Positions 27,313 to 38,170 are shown, counted from the first letter of the stretch. The stretch: 64,000 nt of DNA from Bacteroidota bacterium (GCA_003250475.1 QKGI01000139.1:26974-90973); one strand, 5' to 3'. Made by a program: numbers and translations. The notes: generated by a model not told the origin, from the letters alone.

Positions 27313-29247
27313 TCATGGCAGCATCTTATCAGGCTCGTCAGAGAAAATGAAGACGGCTTTTTTCCCTCCGGAAGTCTTATACCCGCGGTACATTCCCTGG
27401 GAGTTAAATGGCATGCTCACGTTGCCCTTGCCGTCAACGGAGACCAGGCCGCCTGAGCCTCCGGCCTTTACAAGTTTATCATAAATGACCTCCCTGGCAG
27501 CTTCGTCAAGCGACAATCCCTTGTACTCCATCAACGCCGAGATGTCATGAGCCACTGTGTACCTGATAAAGAATTCCCCATGGCCGGTGGCGGAGACGGC
27601 GCAGGTGGCATTGTTGGCGTAGGTCCCTGCTCCTATCACCGGAACGTCGCCGACACGGTTGTATCTCTTGTTTGTCATACCCCCTGTAGAGGTGCCTGCT
27701 GCCAGGTCGCCATTCATATCGAGGGCCACGCAGCCGACGGTGCCGTGCTTGTCCTTCTCGATAGCCCTCATAAGCTCATCATACCTCCTCTCTACCCTGA
27801 AATACGAAGGATCAACTATCTGCAAACCCTGTTCCGCGGCAAACTCTGAAGCACCCTTTCCTGTCAGGAAGACGTGTGGCGACTTCTCCATCACGGTGCG
27901 TGCTGCGGTGATCGGGTTACGTATGTCCGTGACCCCGGCCACGGCGCCGGCGGCGAGGTTGCTGCCGTCCATGATGGCGGCATCGAGCTCGTTACGGCCT
28001 TCGTGGGTAAAGACTGCTCCCCTGCCTGCGTTGAACAGCGGCGAGTCCTCCAAGAGCCTGATGGTCCGTTCAACGGCATCAAGAGCCGAGCCGCCGGAGG
28101 CCAGTACGGCTGCGCCGGTGTCTATGACAGCCTGCAGTGTAGCCCTGTACTCCGCCTCCATCTCCGGCGTCATACGCTGACGCGTGATAGTGCCGGCGCC
28201 GCCGTGGACGACAATAGCCCACTGAGCCCCGCCCTTCGGGAGTAACAGGTCGATCTCCATGATAGCCTTGATAGCACGGTCAGAGAAAAAATCACCGGCG
28301 GGGAAGAGCGAGAACCGGCCCGCCCCCTCGTAGTTGTCACGGTCAATAAGAAGAACCTCCTGCTGGTCATTCCTGTTCACAACTTCACTGAGGGTGAAGG
28401 CAGCCCGGTAACCATCGATGCCGGCGATGACCACCAGTCCCTTGCGCAACACGTCGGGAACGGTCTGATAATAGCCCTTCAGAACATCCCTGAGCATATC
28501 CCCGGAGAAGGGTGTGGTACCATGAATACCCATCCCACGGCCGTAAAAAACAGTCCCGTAAGTCTCACTGTCAAGACCCTCCGGCAGCCCGGCAAGTATC
28601 TCCCGCTGCTTCCCGTTGACACAGATCCTCATAGTCTCTGAAAACAGGGGCTTGATATTCCTGTTGACAGTATACTGGCTGTCAAGCGACCTTACGGTTA
28701 TGCGAACAGGGTTACTTATGTTCCTTACAGTAACAAGATCATTGCCGGCAATTATCTTCGTCTCCGTCGGCAGCGGCCATAGATCCTTTGCCTTTGAAGG
28801 TACTATACGTGCTACCGAGGTAGCTATCAGCAGACGGTGGCGGTTCACCGGATAATATATCTCGCCCCAGGAAAAGACAACACTCTCACCCCTGTCATTG
28901 GTCACTTCGACGTAAAGGTCTATTATCGGCTGGAAATCAGCCTCATTCTTCTTTTTGAGCACCACCCTGTCGAGGATGTCATACAGTGAATATCCGTCAT
29001 AACGGTATGCCCCGGTGAAATGCGTCTCCCCGCCTGAAAGCGAGGTCTCTTTGACCGTTATACTGTGTCTGGGCAACCGTGTGATGTCAACGGTCATCTC
29101 CTTCTCAATCTCACCGGTAATAAGAATTTTCTTACTCCCCTTGAGCTGGTTTGTGGGAGCATCATCGTAGAAATCATTTGTCTGCCCTGTAACAATAACG
29201 GAAAGAAGCAGTGTCATGGCAGAAAAAAGCAGTGTCAGTTTTTTCAT
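27313..29247 (-). CDS. secreted isoaspartyl peptidase / L-asparaginase (Ntn hydrolase) with a ~335-aa N-terminal extension
   Basis: C-terminal half: HGGAG..., DKHGTVGCVALD (Thr nucleophile) and GTSTGGMTNK. The N-terminal half has a signal peptide plus two related modules of unknown family. Confidence 0.8.
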   Translation of the reverse strand: MKKLTLLFSAMTLLLSVIVTGQTNDFYDDAPTNQLKGSKKILITGEIEKEMTVDITRLPRHSITVKETSLSGGETHFTGAYRYDGYSLYDILDRVVLKKKNEADFQPIIDLYVEVTNDRGESVVFSWGEIYYPVNRHRLLIATSVARIVPSKAKDLWPLPTETKIIAGNDLVTVRNISNPVRITVRSLDSQYTVNRNIKPLFSETMRICVNGKQREILAGLPEGLDSETYGTVFYGRGMGIHGTTPFSGDMLRDVLKGYYQTVPDVLRKGLVVIAGIDGYRAAFTLSEVVNRNDQQEVLLIDRDNYEGAGRFSLFPAGDFFSDRAIKAIMEIDLLLPKGGAQWAIVVHGGAGTITRQRMTPEMEAEYRATLQAVIDTGAAVLASGGSALDAVERTIRLLEDSPLFNAGRGAVFTHEGRNELDAAIMDGSNLAAGAVAGVTDIRNPITAARTVMEKSPHVFLTGKGASEFAAEQGLQIVDPSYFRVERRYDELMRAIEKDKHGTVGCVALDMNGDLAAGTSTGGMTNKRYNRVGDVPVIGAGTYANNATCAVSATGHGEFFIRYTVAHDISALMEYKGLSLDEAAREVIYDKLVKAGGSGGLVSVDGKGNVSMPFNSQGMYRGYKTSGGKKAVFIFSDEPDKMLP

Positions 29248-29313
29248 CTGTAAAATATTTCGTTATGCAAATCTATTCATTACGATCACTATCTCATATG
29301 ATTTATAACATAA

Positions 29314-29330
29314 CCGGGATTTTGTCCCGG
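29314..29330 (-). terminator. small hairpin downstream of mutS2
   Basis: CCGGGA / TCCCGG stem. On the minus strand it is followed by a T-rich stretch. Confidence 0.3.
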
Positions 29331-29353
29331 CCTTCATCATTGGTGCGCCAGGT

Positions 29354-31831
29354 TCACATGTCAAGCTCAACAAGTGTTATTCCGGCACCGCCGCGGTCAA
29401 CATGTTCGTCGGCAACACTCCTTACAGCTCCTGTTGATTCAAGGTATTGCCTTATCATCTGCCTGAGGATACCGTTTCCTTTGCCGTGAAGTATCCGCAG
29501 GTTCCTGTATTGTATCACCATGGCTGTGTCAAGGAAGTCCTGGACCGCCTGCAGAGCCTCCTCGGTACGCATGCCTCTTACGTCAATCTCGGGATGGAAC
29601 TGGTTACGGCGTGTATTCAACGACCAGTCCAGTCTCTGCTGAGGTTTGTTTTTCGATATCTCCCTGCGGTATTCGGAAGCATCTACCGGCTCTGTCTTGG
29701 CTATATCAACATTCATCATCAGGCTGCCGGAGATAATCTGTAGCTTACTGCCTCTCACGGCTGTCACCTCGCCAATGGTATCCGTGCCGGTGATCCTTAC
29801 AAAGTCACCTGGGGTCAGTATACCCGGCTTTTTTTTCGGAGCCGCCACGGGTTCCTTTTTTTTACTTACGCGCTTAACAATGCTTGCAGCAGGCGTTCCC
29901 ATAGCCGGTGTGGCGATACCCGGTGTGTCAGGCTGTTTCTCCTCCTCTGTCAGGTGTTCGCGGAAAGAGTCAAGCTCCTCACGCACCTCCCTTGTCCTCT
30001 CTTTCTCTGCCTGAGCCTCACGAATGGTGCGTATTGTGTTTTCTATCATCTTGTTTGTGTCGCGCAGCAACTCTTCTGCCTTGCTTTTGGCCTGACTGAT
30101 GATCTCCTTCTTCTGTGTCTTTATATCGCCCAGGTGGGCCTCATATGTTGCTATAAGCTCTTCCAGCCTCTTCTCATGACGCCTGGCTGCCTCTCTCTTC
30201 TTCTCCCAGTAACGCTTATCGCGTGCTATGACCCTCAGGTTACGGTCAAAGTCAATATTCCCCTCTCCTGCTCTTGCTGCCGCGTCGGCGAGTATCTCCT
30301 GGGGAAGGCCTATCTTCCTGGCTATCTCAAAGGCAAATGAGCTGCCGGGTTTTCCCTGATCGAGGCGGAAAAGAGGTTGCATGAGCTGGTTATCGAAGGC
30401 CATGGCGCCATTGCTGATTCCCTCCTGTGATGTGGCAAAGTGCTTCAGGTTGGTATAGTGAGTGGTTATAACCCCATAGGCACCTCGTTTGTTAAGCTCG
30501 GCCAGGATAGCCTCTGCCAGTGCTCCGCCTATGACAGGCTCGGTGCCTGTTCCAAACTCATCTATCATTATCAGTGAGCTGTCATCGGCATACCGGAGCA
30601 TCTGCTTCATGTTTATGAGATGTGAGCTGTAGGTGCTCAGATCGTTATCTATGCTCTGTTCATCACCAATGTCTATGAAGAACCTGCCGAAAACACCTGT
30701 CTCTGTTCCTTCATCCACGGGGATAGTCATTCCGCATTGCAGCATGTACTGGACCAGCGCCACGGTCTTGAGGCATACAGACTTACCTCCTGCATTAGGC
30801 CCGGAGATGAGCAGTATCCGGTCTTTGTTGTCTATGGTGACAGTCAGTGGCACTACTTCCCTGCCTGAAGTACGCGCGAAAGCGAGGGTAAGCAGCGGGT
30901 GACGGGCATTGATCCACCTTATATGGGGTGTATCCGCTACCGGGGGCTTTATACACCGAAGCCTGTTGCCGAAGAGCGCTTTGGCCCTGATAAAGTCAAT
31001 GCCGGCAAGGAAGACAAAGTTCTCTTCCAGGTCGTCTATATACGGTCTGATGGTATCTGCAAGGGCGGTTAGTATCCTTACTATCTCGCGCTTTTCCTGG
31101 TGCTCGAGTTCGGTGATCTCGTTATTCAGTTCAACAACCTCTGCCGGTTCTATGAAGACAGTCCTGCCCGTAGCCGACTCATCGTGCACGAACCCTTTTA
31201 TACCTCTTTTATTAGAAGCACTGACAGGGATCACTCCCCTGCCGTTGCGTACGGCAACCGTGATATCCCGTTCCACAATGCCGTCGGCCTGCGCCTGCCT
31301 CAGGACTGCATGCAGTTTTCTGACGGCAGCCAGGTTCTTCGATGACAGATCTGCGCGGATAGTCTTCAGTGCCGGGGAAGCATTGTCGCGTATCTTACCC
31401 TCTTTGTCTATGATGCGGTCTATTGCTTCTGTGACAAAAGGATAATAGACCACCCTCAGGGTCATCTCTGTCAGCAACGGGTAACGGCCGTCCTTCCTGT
31501 TCCGGAAAAAAGAGATGATACGCCTGATGGTGTCAAGCGATCCGCGTAACGCCACAACCTCCTCAAGCTCAGGGAATGTGCCCTCGACACGCAGCTTCTC
31601 GAGCATGCTGTGGGGATCGTTATAATTGTCAGCCGGGAACTGCTCACCATAAGAAAGTATCTGCTGAAACTCCTCAGTGAGAGCCAGCCTGCTCCTTACC
31701 TCGCCGGCGGAGAAAGAGACATTCATTGAATCAACCATTCGCATGCCGGCACTGCTCAGACATCCTGCAATAAGCTGTTCTCTTATGCGGTCAAAGCCTA
31801 TCTTTAATTCGTATGTTTCGGGATAGATCAT
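29354..31831 (-). CDS. mutS2: endonuclease MutS2 (MutS domain V ATPase plus C-terminal Smr domain)
   Basis: Walker A GPNAGGKS, MIDEFGTGTEP, and C-terminal Smr (LRILHGKGNGILR). Confidence 0.9.
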   Translation of the reverse strand: MIYPETYELKIGFDRIREQLIAGCLSSAGMRMVDSMNVSFSAGEVRSRLALTEEFQQILSYGEQFPADNYNDPHSMLEKLRVEGTFPELEEVVALRGSLDTIRRIISFFRNRKDGRYPLLTEMTLRVVYYPFVTEAIDRIIDKEGKIRDNASPALKTIRADLSSKNLAAVRKLHAVLRQAQADGIVERDITVAVRNGRGVIPVSASNKRGIKGFVHDESATGRTVFIEPAEVVELNNEITELEHQEKREIVRILTALADTIRPYIDDLEENFVFLAGIDFIRAKALFGNRLRCIKPPVADTPHIRWINARHPLLTLAFARTSGREVVPLTVTIDNKDRILLISGPNAGGKSVCLKTVALVQYMLQCGMTIPVDEGTETGVFGRFFIDIGDEQSIDNDLSTYSSHLINMKQMLRYADDSSLIMIDEFGTGTEPVIGGALAEAILAELNKRGAYGVITTHYTNLKHFATSQEGISNGAMAFDNQLMQPLFRLDQGKPGSSFAFEIARKIGLPQEILADAAARAGEGNIDFDRNLRVIARDKRYWEKKREAARRHEKRLEELIATYEAHLGDIKTQKKEIISQAKSKAEELLRDTNKMIENTIRTIREAQAEKERTREVREELDSFREHLTEEEKQPDTPGIATPAMGTPAASIVKRVSKKKEPVAAPKKKPGILTPGDFVRITGTDTIGEVTAVRGSKLQIISGSLMMNVDIAKTEPVDASEYRREISKNKPQQRLDWSLNTRRNQFHPEIDVRGMRTEEALQAVQDFLDTAMVIQYRNLRILHGKGNGILRQMIRQYLESTGAVRSVADEHVDRGGAGITLVELDM

Positions 31832-31931
31832 ATAATGCTACTCTCAGCACAAAAGTAAAGTTAATTAATGTTAATGCCTCATGCCTGTAAAATTTATGAA
31901 TCTATATTTATTCCGCTTAAAAATCACCCGG

Positions 31932-33500
31932 ATGAAAAATCTCTTCTATTCCGTCAGGACTGTAATGATCAGCATGCTGCTTCTCGTTATGGTCATGCCT
32001 GTTGCTTCACAGGAGGCAACCAATGACCTTGAGATGGTCTATAAGATCCGCCAGGAAGGTCAGCGCAACTCTGACATTGACACACTGGCTTACATAATGA
32101 CCGATCTCGCGGGGCCGCGTCTCACAGGTTCGGCAGGAATTGACCGCGCCAACGAGATAGCCCGTGACAGGCTGGCCGGTTACGGGCTGTCAAATGTACG
32201 TGTTGAGGTGGCCGGTGAGTTCAGCCGTGGCGGATGGGACTATTCCAGAGCTTATGCTGCTATGACCGCTCCCTATTACAATAACTTTTCTGTGACACCG
32301 GTGGCATGGACCTCGGGTACGAATGGTCTTATCAGGGGTGAGGTGGTGCTCGTCGATATAAGGAAGGTTGAAGATATAGAGCAATACAGGGGCAAGCTTA
32401 AGGGTAAGATTGTTATGACCCCGTCATCATCACAGTATGAGGTCAGCTATGAGCCCCTGGCCAACAGGCTCACCGATGATGACCTTAAGAAGCTTGCAAT
32501 GGCGGATGCAGGTGGCAGGCCATCACGCAGAATGATAGGAGATTACCTGGCGATGCGTGAGATGAGGAACAGGATCAACGAATTCCTTCTCAGTGAAGAT
32601 ATACTCATGAATATCAGCCAGGGTAATGCTTTCAACATACCGAGATCATCGGGAGCGATGTATGACGGCAAGGGTACTCCTCCTGTAACAGAGATAAGCA
32701 TTCCCCAGGAAGCTTACGGGCGCATGGAGAGACTGCTCAGGCATGGGGAGAAGGTAGAGGTGGAAGCAGAGATAGATGCCAGTTTCACGCCTGCAAAGAA
32801 CGTATATAATGTGATTGCCGAGATCCCCGGCACAGACCCGAAGCTCAGGGACCAGGTAGTACTGCTGGGAGCTCATATTGACTCATGGCATGGGGGGACC
32901 GGTGCTGCCGACGATGCCTCAGGGTGCATTGTCATGATGGAGGCACTGCGTATACTCAGGTCACTCGACGTAAAACCCAGGCGTACGATACGTATTGCTC
33001 TCTGGGGCGGCGAGGAACAGGGACTGCTGGGTTCGCGCGGCTATGTGTCAAAATATCTGTATGACAGGGAGAAGAGAGAAAAGAAACCCGGTTTTGACAA
33101 ATTCTCCGTTTATTTCAACATGGACAACGGCACAGGCCGTTACAGGGGTATCTATCTCCAGGAGAACGACCTGGTGCGCCCCCTGTTCGAGCGCTGGATG
33201 GAGCCTTTGAAGGATATGGGCTTTACCACAATAGCTAACCGTAATACAGGCGGCACTGACCACCTGAGCTTTGACGGCGCCGGCCTTCCGGGGTTCCAGT
33301 TCATCCAGGATGAGATTGAATATGGCAGGGGATATCATACGCTGGCAGATACATGGGAGCGCCTGCTGCTGCCTGATCTGCGACACAATGCGATTATCAC
33401 CGCATGGCTAGTCTGGAACGCCGCCACCTGCGACGCACTCGTCCCCCGCAAGCCTGCAATGCCGACAATACCGCAAAGATCTCACCCCGGTGGCTTTTAG
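31932..33500 (+). CDS. M28-family metallopeptidase (secreted aminopeptidase)
   Basis: Signal peptide; Zn ligand blocks LGAHIDSWHGGTGAADDASG, WGGEEQGLLGS and TDHLSF. I prefer ATG 31932. Confidence 0.8.
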   Translation: MKNLFYSVRTVMISMLLLVMVMPVASQEATNDLEMVYKIRQEGQRNSDIDTLAYIMTDLAGPRLTGSAGIDRANEIARDRLAGYGLSNVRVEVAGEFSRGGWDYSRAYAAMTAPYYNNFSVTPVAWTSGTNGLIRGEVVLVDIRKVEDIEQYRGKLKGKIVMTPSSSQYEVSYEPLANRLTDDDLKKLAMADAGGRPSRRMIGDYLAMREMRNRINEFLLSEDILMNISQGNAFNIPRSSGAMYDGKGTPPVTEISIPQEAYGRMERLLRHGEKVEVEAEIDASFTPAKNVYNVIAEIPGTDPKLRDQVVLLGAHIDSWHGGTGAADDASGCIVMMEALRILRSLDVKPRRTIRIALWGGEEQGLLGSRGYVSKYLYDREKREKKPGFDKFSVYFNMDNGTGRYRGIYLQENDLVRPLFERWMEPLKDMGFTTIANRNTGGTDHLSFDGAGLPGFQFIQDEIEYGRGYHTLADTWERLLLPDLRHNAIITAWLVWNAATCDALVPRKPAMPTIPQRSHPGGF

Positions 33501-33554
33501 CTCATGGTGACGATCTGATACGATTTACTGTTTTTCAATTCTGTTTATTACAGC

Positions 33555-33592
33555 AGAGGCTGGCCCCTAACCGGGTCAGCCTCTCATTTTTT
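33555..33592 (+). terminator. rho-independent terminator after the M28 peptidase gene
   Basis: AGAGGCTG (33555-33562) pairs with CAGCCTCT (33577-33584), followed by CATTTTTT. Confidence 0.6.
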
Positions 33593-33630
33593 CATTCGTC
33601 GGGTGATTCACTTATTACAAACGGGTATTA

Positions 33631-33671
33631 TTAAAAGAGATACCCTTCACCGGGCTGACGGGAAGGGTATC
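33631..33671 (-). terminator. hairpin terminator downstream of ptrB
   Basis: GATACCCTTC (33639-33648) pairs with GAAGGGTATC (33662-33671). On the minus strand it is followed by TCTCTTTTAA. Confidence 0.5.
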
Positions 33672-33731
33672 ATCATTATCTGCTGAGTGAGCCACCCGTC
33701 TGTCAGACAGAAGCTCACGCGGGACAGGCTG

Positions 33732-35873
33732 TTACTTCGTTATCTTTTCGAGATCAAGAATGAATGCATATTGCAGGGCAGTGGTCTTCAGTCGCTCAAA
33801 GCGGCCTGATGCTCCGCCGTGACCGGCAGTCATATTGACATCCATAATAAGGATGTTGTCATCTGTCTTCATGTCACGAAGCCTGGCAACCCATTTTGAC
33901 GGTTCCCAGTATTGTACCTGCGAATCCCAGAAGCCGGTGGTCACCAGGAGGTTCGGGTAGTCCTGTTCCTTTACCTGGTCATATGGCGAGTATGAAAGCA
34001 TATAATCATAATACTCCTGCTTGCGCGGGTCACCCCATTCGTCCCATTCGAACGTCGTGAGAGGAATTGTGGCGTCAAGCATCGTGGTAACCACATCAAC
34101 AAAAGGTACGGCAGCAATAACACCGTTGTAAAGCTGCGGTTCCATGTTGACTATGGCGCCCATGAGAAGACCGCCGGCACTGCCTCCCATGGCATACAGG
34201 TGCTCAGCCGAAGTGTATTTCTCATTAATGAGGAAGCGGGCGCAGTCGTTAAAGTCCGTGAAGGTGTTTTTCTTCTTCAGCAGCTTGCCGTCTTCGTACC
34301 ACTGGCGACCCATCTCACTCCCACCCCTGACATGGGCTATGGCATAGACAAAACCCCTGTCAAGAAGGCTGATGATGGTTGAACGGAAAGAGGGATCGGT
34401 TGAGTATCCGTAAGATCCATAGGCATATAGCAACAACGGGGCAGTACCGTCCTGCTCAAGGCCTTTGCGGCTGACAAGCGATACCGGCACCTGGGTGCCG
34501 TCACCGGCAGTAGCCCATAGACGCCTCGACACATAATTGTCACTGTCAAAACCTCCCAGAACGGAGTCCTGCTTGAGCAGTGTCTTTGTACGTGCTTCCA
34601 TGTCATAATCATAAACAGAACCGGGTGTTGTCAGCGATGAATAAATGTATCTCAGCAGCGATGTATTAGCATTGCGGTTGATACTTATACCTGCCGTATA
34701 GGCCTCTTCACCAAAATCGAGGAAATGGTCGGTACCGTCAGCCAGGTTTATAATACGCAGGTTAGTCAGTCCCTTGATGCGTTCGTCGGCAACAAGGTAA
34801 TTATCGAAGATCTCATAATTCTCAAGGAGAATATCATCGCGGTGAGGTATCACCTCCTTCCAGTTTGCCATCCCGGTCCTGTTCTCAGGGCATGACATCA
34901 GCTTGAAGTTCCTGGCACCGTCGGCATTGGTCCTGATATAAAATGTGCCGTTAAGATGATCTATGTAATAGAGATGGTCTGCCTTGCGCGGCTCAAAGAC
35001 CTTCACTCCGTCGTCCGGCCTGGCTGCTTCAATAAGCCTCACCTCACTTGTAAGAGTCTGGTTTGAAACGATCATTATATATTTTTTGCTCTTGGTCTTG
35101 CCAAGCTGTACAGCAAAAGTCTCGTCATCCTCATTAAAGACAACCTTATCTTCCGACGAAGGAGTCCCGAGTATATGTTTCATGACTGTTGCAGCCCTCA
35201 GGGTCTCAGGGTCCTTCTTTACATAAAACAGGGTCCTGTTATCGTCAGCCCAGACACCCTGGCTTGTAGTGTTGAGTATGTTATCGGGAAGGAGCTCACC
35301 TGTGGTCAGGTCTTTAAAGAAGATAGTATATTGTCTCCGGCTTACATGGTCAAGACCGTATGCCAGGAGGTTATTATCAGGAGAAACAGCAGCCCCTCCC
35401 ACACTGGTAAAATCATGACCTTCAGCCAGCAGGTTGACATCGAGCAGTACCTCGGCATTGTCAGAGCCCTCTTTTCTTCTGTAGGTGACCGGGTATTCTT
35501 TACCTTCAAAATACTCAGTGTGATAATAGTAACCATTATCAAGGTAAGGAACGGTCTTGTCATCCTCCTTGATACGTCCCTTCATCTCGTCATAGAGCGT
35601 CTCCTGCAGTCCTGTGGTGTGCTTCATCAGGGCTTTGGAATAGTCATTTTCAGCATTGAGATATGCGAGAACATTAACAGTCTGCGAATCCGGCGTTTCA
35701 GCATTCTTCTGCTCATCGCTCAGGCGCATCCAGAAGTAGTTGTCAAGACGTTCATTGCCGTTACTTTCAATGACGTAAGGGATCTTTTCTGCCACGGGAG
35801 GCGTGGGCTTACTGCCGCATGATGTCAGCAAAAGGGCCAACACAGCCGGCATAAACATTCCAATTCTTTTCAT
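33732..35873 (-). CDS. ptrB: oligopeptidase B (protease II), S9A serine peptidase, lipoprotein form
   Basis: Near-colinear with remembered E. coli PtrB: RGFVYAIAHVRGGSEMGRQWYEDGKLLKKKNTF, GGSAGGLLMG (catalytic Ser) and DSQVQYWEPSKWVARLR. Confidence 0.9.
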   Translation of the reverse strand: MKRIGMFMPAVLALLLTSCGSKPTPPVAEKIPYVIESNGNERLDNYFWMRLSDEQKNAETPDSQTVNVLAYLNAENDYSKALMKHTTGLQETLYDEMKGRIKEDDKTVPYLDNGYYYHTEYFEGKEYPVTYRRKEGSDNAEVLLDVNLLAEGHDFTSVGGAAVSPDNNLLAYGLDHVSRRQYTIFFKDLTTGELLPDNILNTTSQGVWADDNRTLFYVKKDPETLRAATVMKHILGTPSSEDKVVFNEDDETFAVQLGKTKSKKYIMIVSNQTLTSEVRLIEAARPDDGVKVFEPRKADHLYYIDHLNGTFYIRTNADGARNFKLMSCPENRTGMANWKEVIPHRDDILLENYEIFDNYLVADERIKGLTNLRIINLADGTDHFLDFGEEAYTAGISINRNANTSLLRYIYSSLTTPGSVYDYDMEARTKTLLKQDSVLGGFDSDNYVSRRLWATAGDGTQVPVSLVSRKGLEQDGTAPLLLYAYGSYGYSTDPSFRSTIISLLDRGFVYAIAHVRGGSEMGRQWYEDGKLLKKKNTFTDFNDCARFLINEKYTSAEHLYAMGGSAGGLLMGAIVNMEPQLYNGVIAAVPFVDVVTTMLDATIPLTTFEWDEWGDPRKQEYYDYMLSYSPYDQVKEQDYPNLLVTTGFWDSQVQYWEPSKWVARLRDMKTDDNILIMDVNMTAGHGGASGRFERLKTTALQYAFILDLEKITK

Positions 35874-36026
35874 AAGTAATTAAATAAGGATTAATAGTTA
35901 ATTGTTTGTTGCTTATATATTTTGGGTTGTCGCAAATCTGTAATTTTCACCGGATGAACACTTGCCGTACCAGGGACGCAGTGTGGCTCAGCCAGCGTTT
36001 ACTGCCGTAGCGATGGCATGAAACAG

Positions 36027-38165
36027 TCAATCCATTTTTATCCCCTTCATGGAGAGCTGAATTCTCTTTCGCAGCATGTCAACGCTCACCACCCGTACCA
36101 TCAGGTGCTGGTGTAGTTTGACAACCTTTGACGGGTCTTCAATATACCTGTCTGCCATCTGGGAGACATGCACCAGTCCATCCTGTTTGACACCTATGTC
36201 GACAAAGGCGCCGAACTTCGTTATATTCGTTACTATACCGGGTACTACCATCCCCTCCTTCACATCTTCAAGTGAATGGATATCGGCAAAACTGAATTCC
36301 TGTATTGCCGAGCGCGGGTCGCGTCCCGGTTTTGCAAGCTCCAGCATGATATCCTTCAATGTAGGCAGGCCGGCCTCCGGTGTTACGTACTGTTCTATCC
36401 TGATGGCCTTCCGGCGGTTCTCATCATGGATAAGATCCGAGACGGAGCATCCTGCGTCTCTTGCCATTCTCTCAACTATGTGATAGCTCTCCGGGTGCAC
36501 TGCCGAGGCATCCAGTGGATTGGCAGCGTTCCTTATCCTCAGGAATCCTGCAGCCTGTTCATATACCTTGTCTCCCATCCTCTTTACCTTCATCAGCCCG
36601 GAGCGTGAGAGAAACGGGCCGTGTTCCGTACGGTGATCGACTATGTTCTGTGCCAGCTTAGGTCCCAGTCCCGACACATATGTCAGCAGGTGCGGGCTGG
36701 CTGTGTTTACTTCCACTCCCACCGCATTAACGCAAGACATCACCACCTCGTCGAGGCTGGTCTGTAACCTGGACTGGTCGACGTCATGCTGGTACTGACC
36801 CACGCCTATGGATTTAGGGTCTATCTTCACCAGCTCCGCCAGGGGGTCCATCAGCCTGCGGCCTATTGAGATGGCACCACGCACCGTAACATCATGGTCC
36901 GGAAATTCGTCACGTGCTGTCTTTGATGCTGAATATACTGATGCTCCTGCCTCACTCACGACGAATACTTTTATGCCCGTCTCCGGTGGCAGGTACTGTC
37001 TCACAAATTGTTCTGTCTCACGGCTTGCCGTCCCGTTACCTATAGCAATAGCTTCAATATGGTATTTATCGACCAGTGAGAGCAGCTTACTGACGCTGCG
37101 GGCTGTCTCGTTCTGCGGAGGGTGCGGATAGATTGTGTCGTTATGAAGCAGTGCTCCCTGCCTGTCAAGGCAGACCACCTTGCAGCCGGTACGGTACCCG
37201 GGGTCAAGGGCCAGCACGCTTTTCTCCCCCAGTGGCGATGACAGAAGCAACTGTCTCAGGTTCTCAGCGAAGACACGTATCGCCTCCTCATCGGCTTTTT
37301 CCTTTGACACCTTCCTGAACTCCGTCTCCATGGATGGAGCCAGCAGCCGGCTCCAGCTGTCTGTAATAGCTTCGCCGACCTGGTCTGCAGCCTCATTCCT
37401 GGCCCTGATAAACAGCTTTTCAATAATCTGTAAAGCTTCTTCTTCTGACGGCATGATCGCAAGTCTCAGGAAGCCCTCTTCCTCGCCGCGACGCATTGCC
37501 AGCAGCCTGTGGGAAGGACACCGCCGCAGCTGCTCCGACCAGTCGAAGTAATCGCTGAACTTGTTTCCCTCCTCCTCCTTGCCTTTAACCACCTTTGAGG
37601 TAATCACGGCATCACGTTCATAAAGCTTTCTCAGGGAGCCGCGTACTTTTTCATCCTCGCTTACCATCTCTGCCAGGATGTCACGTGCGCCTGCCAGGGC
37701 AGCGTCAGGGCTCTCCACCTCGTCAGTGAGATACCTGGCTGCTTCTGTTTCAATATCACCCGGTCTTTGCTCCAGCAGCCACAGTGCCAGCGGCTCAAGG
37801 CCCAGAGCCCGTGCCACTGAGGCACGTGTCTTTCTCTTCGGTCTGTAGGGCAGGTAGAGATCCTCCAGTTGCGCCAGTGTCCGGGCAGCGTTGATCTTCT
37901 CCAGCAACTCAGGGGTCATCTTCTCCTGCTCCTCCACAGACTTGATGATCACCTCCCTTCTCTTGTCAAGCTCCCTGAGCCTTTCATACTCGTCGCGTAT
38001 CTCTGTCAGCTGTACCTCATTGAGGCTCCCTGTCACCTCCTTGCGGTAACGGCTTATAAACGGGATAGTAGCTCCGTCATCAAGGAGCCGCAGGGTGTTC
38101 TCAACCTGCCAGTCGTGCAGGTGTAACTTCCCCGCTATTGTCTTTATGTGTGTTGCTGGATCCAT
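36027..38165 (-). CDS. tex: Tex-like transcription accessory protein (YqgF/HhH/S1 domains)
   Basis: IPFISRYRKE N-terminus, YqgF-like core and C-terminal S1 domain (GIVTNITKFGAFVDIG...DGLVHVSQ). Confidence 0.9.
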   Translation of the reverse strand: MDPATHIKTIAGKLHLHDWQVENTLRLLDDGATIPFISRYRKEVTGSLNEVQLTEIRDEYERLRELDKRREVIIKSVEEQEKMTPELLEKINAARTLAQLEDLYLPYRPKRKTRASVARALGLEPLALWLLEQRPGDIETEAARYLTDEVESPDAALAGARDILAEMVSEDEKVRGSLRKLYERDAVITSKVVKGKEEEGNKFSDYFDWSEQLRRCPSHRLLAMRRGEEEGFLRLAIMPSEEEALQIIEKLFIRARNEAADQVGEAITDSWSRLLAPSMETEFRKVSKEKADEEAIRVFAENLRQLLLSSPLGEKSVLALDPGYRTGCKVVCLDRQGALLHNDTIYPHPPQNETARSVSKLLSLVDKYHIEAIAIGNGTASRETEQFVRQYLPPETGIKVFVVSEAGASVYSASKTARDEFPDHDVTVRGAISIGRRLMDPLAELVKIDPKSIGVGQYQHDVDQSRLQTSLDEVVMSCVNAVGVEVNTASPHLLTYVSGLGPKLAQNIVDHRTEHGPFLSRSGLMKVKRMGDKVYEQAAGFLRIRNAANPLDASAVHPESYHIVERMARDAGCSVSDLIHDENRRKAIRIEQYVTPEAGLPTLKDIMLELAKPGRDPRSAIQEFSFADIHSLEDVKEGMVVPGIVTNITKFGAFVDIGVKQDGLVHVSQMADRYIEDPSKVVKLHQHLMVRVVSVDMLRKRIQLSMKGIKMD

Positions 38166-38170
38166 TATAA

